A stretch of DNA of 64,000 nucleotides from the NCBI GenBank assembly GCA_965200965.1, contig OZ241744.1, forward strand, positions 3,264,001-3,328,000, read 5' to 3'. This document shows positions 59,881-64,000 of this stretch, piece by piece; within the stretch, counting starts at the first letter, position 1; each line of letters starts with the position of its first letter. The notes beneath the pieces were generated by a model. It did no database searches and had not been told where the DNA came from. It was given only the letters and a program-made list of their open reading frames with translations. The translations under genes were made by a program, and so were the position numbers. Source of the stretch: an uncultured Candidatus Binatia bacterium (lineage in GTDB: Bacteria > Desulfobacterota > Binatia > Bin18).

Positions 59881-61482
59881 TCAGAATAATTCCTTCGCTC
59901 GTTCCGGAAAGAAGCCTTGTGGCCAGGGACGGTCGAATTCACCGTCTTCGGTTACGGGAATCTCAATGACCCGTGCCCCCTTCTCGCCAGGCTCGACGTA
60001 CAGGACGGCGACATCCTCCGGGCGGATGCCCGGGAAGCCGTCGGGCAACTCGTCTTCCGTTGTTTCGCGTATCCGTCGCAGGATGCGGAGCAGCAGGTGC
60101 TCGCTATGCGTCTCCAGCAGGAAGGTGTTGCCCCGCTTCAGGAAGAGGTCGCCCCGCTTCTTGGCGGACCGGATGAACAGGTCGCCGAGTTCGGCCTGAT
60201 GGGCGGGGTGAAGGTGGATTTCGGGCTGTTCAATCAAGAGTGTCTTCGCTTCACAGAGCTCAGCCTGTGCCACGATGGGCAGCACTTGGCTGATACCGAA
60301 GCCGACATCCCGCAGGCTGACATCTACGTCGATATTCTTGTCGGTAAGGCGTAGAGAAAAGACGTTGCTGGGGCTTGCGTCTTCTTCGTGTTGCAGTTTG
60401 GAAACTTTCAGGGTGTATTGCACGCCGAGACCTTTCAGGTCGGCGTTGATTTTCTCCACTAGATCGGGGTTCTCAAAGAGAATGGAAGGCAGAAGCTCGC
60501 CTGACTGTCCGACATACTCAGTCGTGTCGCCGCTGTATTCGTAGACACGTTTTGGCGGATTCCGCAGAGGCCCTAGATATATCAAACTTTCCAGGTTTGC
60601 GCGGAACCTTGAAAGAATTCGGTTGCGCGGGAGACTCATCCATGTGCCCATTAGATTGGACAGATCGGAGCTTGAGAAATCTATTCTCTCAGAAGAGTGT
60701 TCGGGTAGAAAATTCTGATAGGTAGGGATGTCTAGCTGGTGTATTTCCTCTGCACCCCTTTGAAGAGCGTCTTCAAGCTCGCTGCAAAGGGCCTCTTTAA
60801 TTTTAGAACGTTCGATAGTCCGCAACCTCTCCTTTATTTGATTGCTTTCGAGGCCAGGAATGATATGCCCGCCATCAGAGTTTTTTGACAGCAGAAAAGC
60901 GAGATCTCTGTATTCGGGATCATTACCAGTATAGCAAGAATGAAGGGCGTTCCACCAGCGCCCCCAGAATTCCAATTTGGATTTGGAAGAGAACCGAACC
61001 GTCTCCATGACATGTTGCGTATCATATCCGAGCCCCCAGCCAGGAGCCGCAATTTCCAGGATCTTTTGCGCATCATCTCCGACATTCAGAGCTAGAGCGA
61101 CAGCCCAGGGATCCGCTAGCGCCAGAGCTTCTTTTGAATAGGTGAATAGGACTCCTAGAGCGGCTTCCCGTATCGTCTCGTCAGGAGACAGGAAGAGAGG
61201 TATCTCCAGATCAAACCGTGCCCAAAACTCAAAATCCCGCTCTGTCTCATGCCGATGCACGAAATCCTTATATGACCCCAAATCAACCAGCGAGCCTTTG
61301 GGAAGCAGGGCGGTGTGGGGGTTTTTCGCCTCCTCAAGCGTCTGCTTCAGGAGCAGGAGCGATTGGAAGATGGAGCTTTTGCCGGACGAGTTGGCCCCAA
61401 AGATGAGGGTAAGCGGACGGATCGGAATCGCGACTGTCTCGCCAAACGCCTTGAAATTGGTAAGCTGGTATTCGCGTAGCAT
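59881..61482 (-). CDS. ABC-type (AAA_15/AAA_21) ATPase with DUF3696 C-terminus
   Basis: NFKAF, GANSSGKSS, YLGPLR, DVGFGISQVLP, IEQPEIHLHP, ETHSEH, GEFDRPWP.GFF. GGGGAGG RBS. Confidence 0.88.
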   Translation of the reverse strand: MLREYQLTNFKAFGETVAIPIRPLTLIFGANSSGKSSIFQSLLLLKQTLEEAKNPHTALLPKGSLVDLGSYKDFVHRHETERDFEFWARFDLEIPLFLSPDETIREAALGVLFTYSKEALALADPWAVALALNVGDDAQKILEIAAPGWGLGYDTQHVMETVRFSSKSKLEFWGRWWNALHSCYTGNDPEYRDLAFLLSKNSDGGHIIPGLESNQIKERLRTIERSKIKEALCSELEDALQRGAEEIHQLDIPTYQNFLPEHSSERIDFSSSDLSNLMGTWMSLPRNRILSRFRANLESLIYLGPLRNPPKRVYEYSGDTTEYVGQSGELLPSILFENPDLVEKINADLKGLGVQYTLKVSKLQHEEDASPSNVFSLRLTDKNIDVDVSLRDVGFGISQVLPIVAQAELCEAKTLLIEQPEIHLHPAHQAELGDLFIRSAKKRGDLFLKRGNTFLLETHSEHLLLRILRRIRETTEDELPDGFPGIRPEDVAVLYVEPGEKGARVIEIPVTEDGEFDRPWPQGFFPERAKELF

Positions 61483-61514
61483 GTTCGTCCTCCCCTTGCT
61501 GCCCTTGGGAATAA

Positions 61515-61530
61515 TGCAAGGTGCGTGCCA
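61515..61530 (-). promoter_or_regulatory. Sigma54 (-24/-12) promoter of the ATPase operon
   Basis: Minus strand reads TGGCACG-CACC-TTGCA, matching TGGCACG-N4-TTGCW, 32 nt upstream of the ATG. Confidence 0.85.
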
Positions 61531-61606
61531 CTTGTGCCAAACAGGGCTACTATACACAAATCAGCGCCGTTTCGCTACCAAACCCCCTTCCCTCTCCCCT
61601 GGAGAG

Positions 61607-61639
61607 AGAAGAAATGTTGCAATTCACAAGAAATCTTGT
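61607..61639. promoter_or_regulatory. Putative upstream activator / autoregulatory sites
   Basis: Palindrome ACAAGA-AA-TCTTGT (61626-61639) plus degenerate copy AGAAGAAATGTTGC (61607-61620). Confidence 0.5.
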
Positions 61640-61650
61640 ATGAACAAGGC

Positions 61651-63174
61651 ATGAGCGGATGTGTCCTTGTCGCCTGGCTGGGCAATACCGACCTGCGCGT
61701 CTCCGGCGGTGAGTTGGGGGACGCATTGGGGCCGATTGGACAGGCGGCGCGTACCTTGGACTTGGAGGCGGTCCATCTGCTCAGCGACCATAAGCCCCGA
61801 CAGTCGCAGCGCTATCGGGCGTGGCTGAGTGAACGCCTGGGGATAGAAGCCAGCCTGCACCCGGCCCGGCTGAGCAGCCCCACCCGCTTTGATGAAATAT
61901 ACGAGGCCGCGGTTGCGGTGCTTGACACGCTCGGCGCTGGAAACGGCGCTCCGCGCCTGGTCTACCATCTCAGCCCGGGCACGCCGGCAATGGCCGCGGT
62001 GTGGATTGTGCTGGCCAAGACCAGCCACCCGGCTGAACTGATAGAATCATCCGTAGAAGACGGCGTGCGCACGGTGTCGTTTCCGTTCGAGATTGCCGCG
62101 GAATATCTGCCGGGCAGCACGGGCCCGAGCGATGACCGGATTGTACGCCTCACCCAAGGGCTGCCCCAACACGCCCCCGAGTTCGGGGCGATCATCCATC
62201 GCTGTGAGGCCATGAAAACCGAGATTGCCCGGGCCAGACGGCTGGCCGTCCATAATGTTCCGGTGCTGATTCAGGGCGAGTCAGGAACCGGCAAAGAGCT
62301 GTTTGCCCGCGCCATTCATGCGTCCAGCCCCAGGGCCGGCGGACCGTTCCTTGAGGTCAACTGCGGGGCCATTCCGGGCGAGCTGCTTGAAGCCGAGTTC
62401 TTTGGCAGCACCAGAGGGGCGTTTACCGGGGCCGAGGCCAAGGCCGGCTATCTTGAAGCGGCCCACACCGGCAGCCTGTTTCTGGATGAGATCGGCGAGC
62501 TGCCGCTGACCGCCCAGGTCAAACTCCTGCGCTGCCTCCAGGAAGGCACGGTCCAGCGCCTCGGCTCGACTCAGCCCAGAAACATTGACATTCGGGTGAT
62601 CGCCGCCACCAACCGCGACCTGCACGAAGAAGTCGCCGGCCAGAAATTCCGGGAGGACCTGTTCCACCGACTGGCGGTTGGCGTGCTGCGCCTGCCGTCG
62701 CTGCGCGAGCGGACCGGCGACCTTGGTCTGCTGATCGATCATGTCCTGGAACGCATCAATGCCGAGTGTGGGCGACAGCCCGGCTGGGTGGAGAAGACGC
62801 TTGCCGTTGAGGCGCGCAATCTGCTGCTCCAACACCCCTGGCCGGGCAATGTGCGGGAACTGTCCAACACCCTGTCGCGGGCTGCTATCTGGACGGTCGA
62901 GCCCAGCATTGACGCCCACGACATTCGGGCGGCCCTGTTCCCGGCCAGAAAAGACGCCCGGGCTGCTGACCCGGTGCTGAACCGCAGTCTGGGAGACGGC
63001 TTTGCGCTGCCTGGCCTGCTGGCCGATGTGGCCCGGCACTACCTGAGCCGGGCGCTGGCCGAGACCGGGGGCAACAAGTCGGCAGCGTGCAGGCTCGTCG
63101 GCCTCCCCAACTCCCAGACCTTCACCAACTGGCTGAAAAAATATGGGGTCGGGAGAGCGCCGCGCTTGGGATAA
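61651..63174 (+). CDS. Sigma54-dependent activator with N-terminal CARF/RtcR-like domain
   Basis: N-terminal VAWLGNTDL...SPT.F..IY...HLSPGTPAM. AAA+ GESGTGKE, GAFTGA, FLDEIGE, FREDL..RL, WPGNVREL. Fis-type HTH. Confidence 0.88.
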   Translation: MSGCVLVAWLGNTDLRVSGGELGDALGPIGQAARTLDLEAVHLLSDHKPRQSQRYRAWLSERLGIEASLHPARLSSPTRFDEIYEAAVAVLDTLGAGNGAPRLVYHLSPGTPAMAAVWIVLAKTSHPAELIESSVEDGVRTVSFPFEIAAEYLPGSTGPSDDRIVRLTQGLPQHAPEFGAIIHRCEAMKTEIARARRLAVHNVPVLIQGESGTGKELFARAIHASSPRAGGPFLEVNCGAIPGELLEAEFFGSTRGAFTGAEAKAGYLEAAHTGSLFLDEIGELPLTAQVKLLRCLQEGTVQRLGSTQPRNIDIRVIAATNRDLHEEVAGQKFREDLFHRLAVGVLRLPSLRERTGDLGLLIDHVLERINAECGRQPGWVEKTLAVEARNLLLQHPWPGNVRELSNTLSRAAIWTVEPSIDAHDIRAALFPARKDARAADPVLNRSLGDGFALPGLLADVARHYLSRALAETGGNKSAACRLVGLPNSQTFTNWLKKYGVGRAPRLG

Positions 63175-63249
63175 TCCTGACCCAATACCTGAAGGGCGGC
63201 ACCTCTCCCTTCATCCTGTCCCCCTTTGCAGGCCGTGGCCGGCGACGCG

Positions 63250-64000
63250 CTACAATACCGGCCGTGCTGTCACATCCCCGGACACGCGCCGCTTGAGCCA
63301 GCGGCCGTCGCTCGAGCTGCCCACCAGTTTGCCATCCTCAACAATCACCTTGCCCCGCAGCAGGGTCATAACCGGCCAGGCCCGGGCGGCAAAGCCCTCC
63401 CAGATGCTGTAGTCGGAATTGGCGTGCAGGTCGTCCAGGCCGATGGTCTTGTGCAGCGTGGGGTCAAGCACGACCAGGTCGGCATCGTTGCCCGGCTGAA
63501 TCGTCCCCTTCTGCGGATACAGCCCGAGCAGCTTGGCCGCGTTGGTTGAGGTAATGTCCGCAAAGCGCTGGAGGGACATCTTCCGCTCGGCCACAAACTT
63601 GGTGTAGGCAACCGGGATGCGGGTCTCAATCCCGTTATGGCCGCCACACACCGTCTCAATGGTGTCGCCCCACAGTTTGGGGCCCTTGTGGGTGGTATAT
63701 TCGTCGGTGGCGGTGGTGGCCAGCCGTCCGTCCATCAGGCCGGCAATCAGCGCGTCCCGGTCATCGGCGAACTTGATGGCCGGGTAGGTATGAATGGCGG
63801 TTCCGCCGGGCTTTTTGTAATCGTCGCAGGTGAACTCCAGGTAGTTGTGCAGCGCCTCGCCGTACACCGGCTGGCCGGCGTTGCGCGCCTCGGCAATCGC
63901 CGCCACGCCTTCCTTGGCCGTGGTATGCACAAAATACACCCCCACGCCGCTATGCCGGGCCAGCCGAATAATATGCCGGAAGGCCAAGTCTTCAGACAGA
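63250..64000 (-). CDS. Dihydropyrimidinase/hydantoinase-family amidohydrolase (5' part outside the window)
   Basis: YFVH, ATD, GG..GIETR, STNAAK..GLYPQKG.I.PG.DADLV, DYS.WEG....WP..T..RG. Confidence 0.88.
   Translation of the reverse strand, partial: LSEDLAFRHIIRLARHSGVGVYFVHTTAKEGVAAIAEARNAGQPVYGEALHNYLEFTCDDYKKPGGTAIHTYPAIKFADDRDALIAGLMDGRLATTATDEYTTHKGPKLWGDTIETVCGGHNGIETRIPVAYTKFVAERKMSLQRFADITSTNAAKLLGLYPQKGTIQPGNDADLVVLDPTLHKTIGLDDLHANSDYSIWEGFAARAWPVMTLLRGKVIVEDGKLVGSSSDGRWLKRRVSGDVTARPVL

Noticed and set aside
61559-61572. IHF site between enhancer and sigma54 promoter
   Set aside because: AATCAG-CGCC-GTT only partly matches WATCAR-N4-TTR.

Overview
GC-rich bacterial chromosomal window, densely coding (about 55 CDS), with no rRNA, tRNA or CRISPR array detected. 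Housekeeping genes: pckG, PduO-type cobalamin adenosyltransferase, folK, recQ, mutS/mutL, hemB, ispG, a sirtuin and eutBC. Catabolic genes: three LLM oxidoreductases, amidohydrolases, SDRs, thiolase plus DUF35, CoA-transferase, amidase and hydantoinase A. There is also a CusCBA-type efflux operon. This repertoire suggests a Binatota/Tectomicrobia-like lineage (inference only). AT-richer accessory islets carry a BsoBI/AvaI-type restriction-modification pair and a two-gene ATPase plus PLD-like-nuclease operon. Top observations: (1) an unannotated small zinc-ribbon ORF after eutC reads through an in-frame TGA in a UxxC motif. It shares a position-matched SECIS-like hairpin with a TGA-split, signal-peptide peroxiredoxin, making it a candidate new selenoprotein. 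(2) A CARF/RtcR-like sigma54 activator faces a consensus -24/-12 promoter that points into the DUF3696 ATPase plus PLD-like operon, a candidate inducible defence system. (3) The BsoBI homologue is substituted at a specificity residue. (4) A small palindromic element appears inserted in-frame in a helicase gene. Family assignments come from motif recognition, not database searches.
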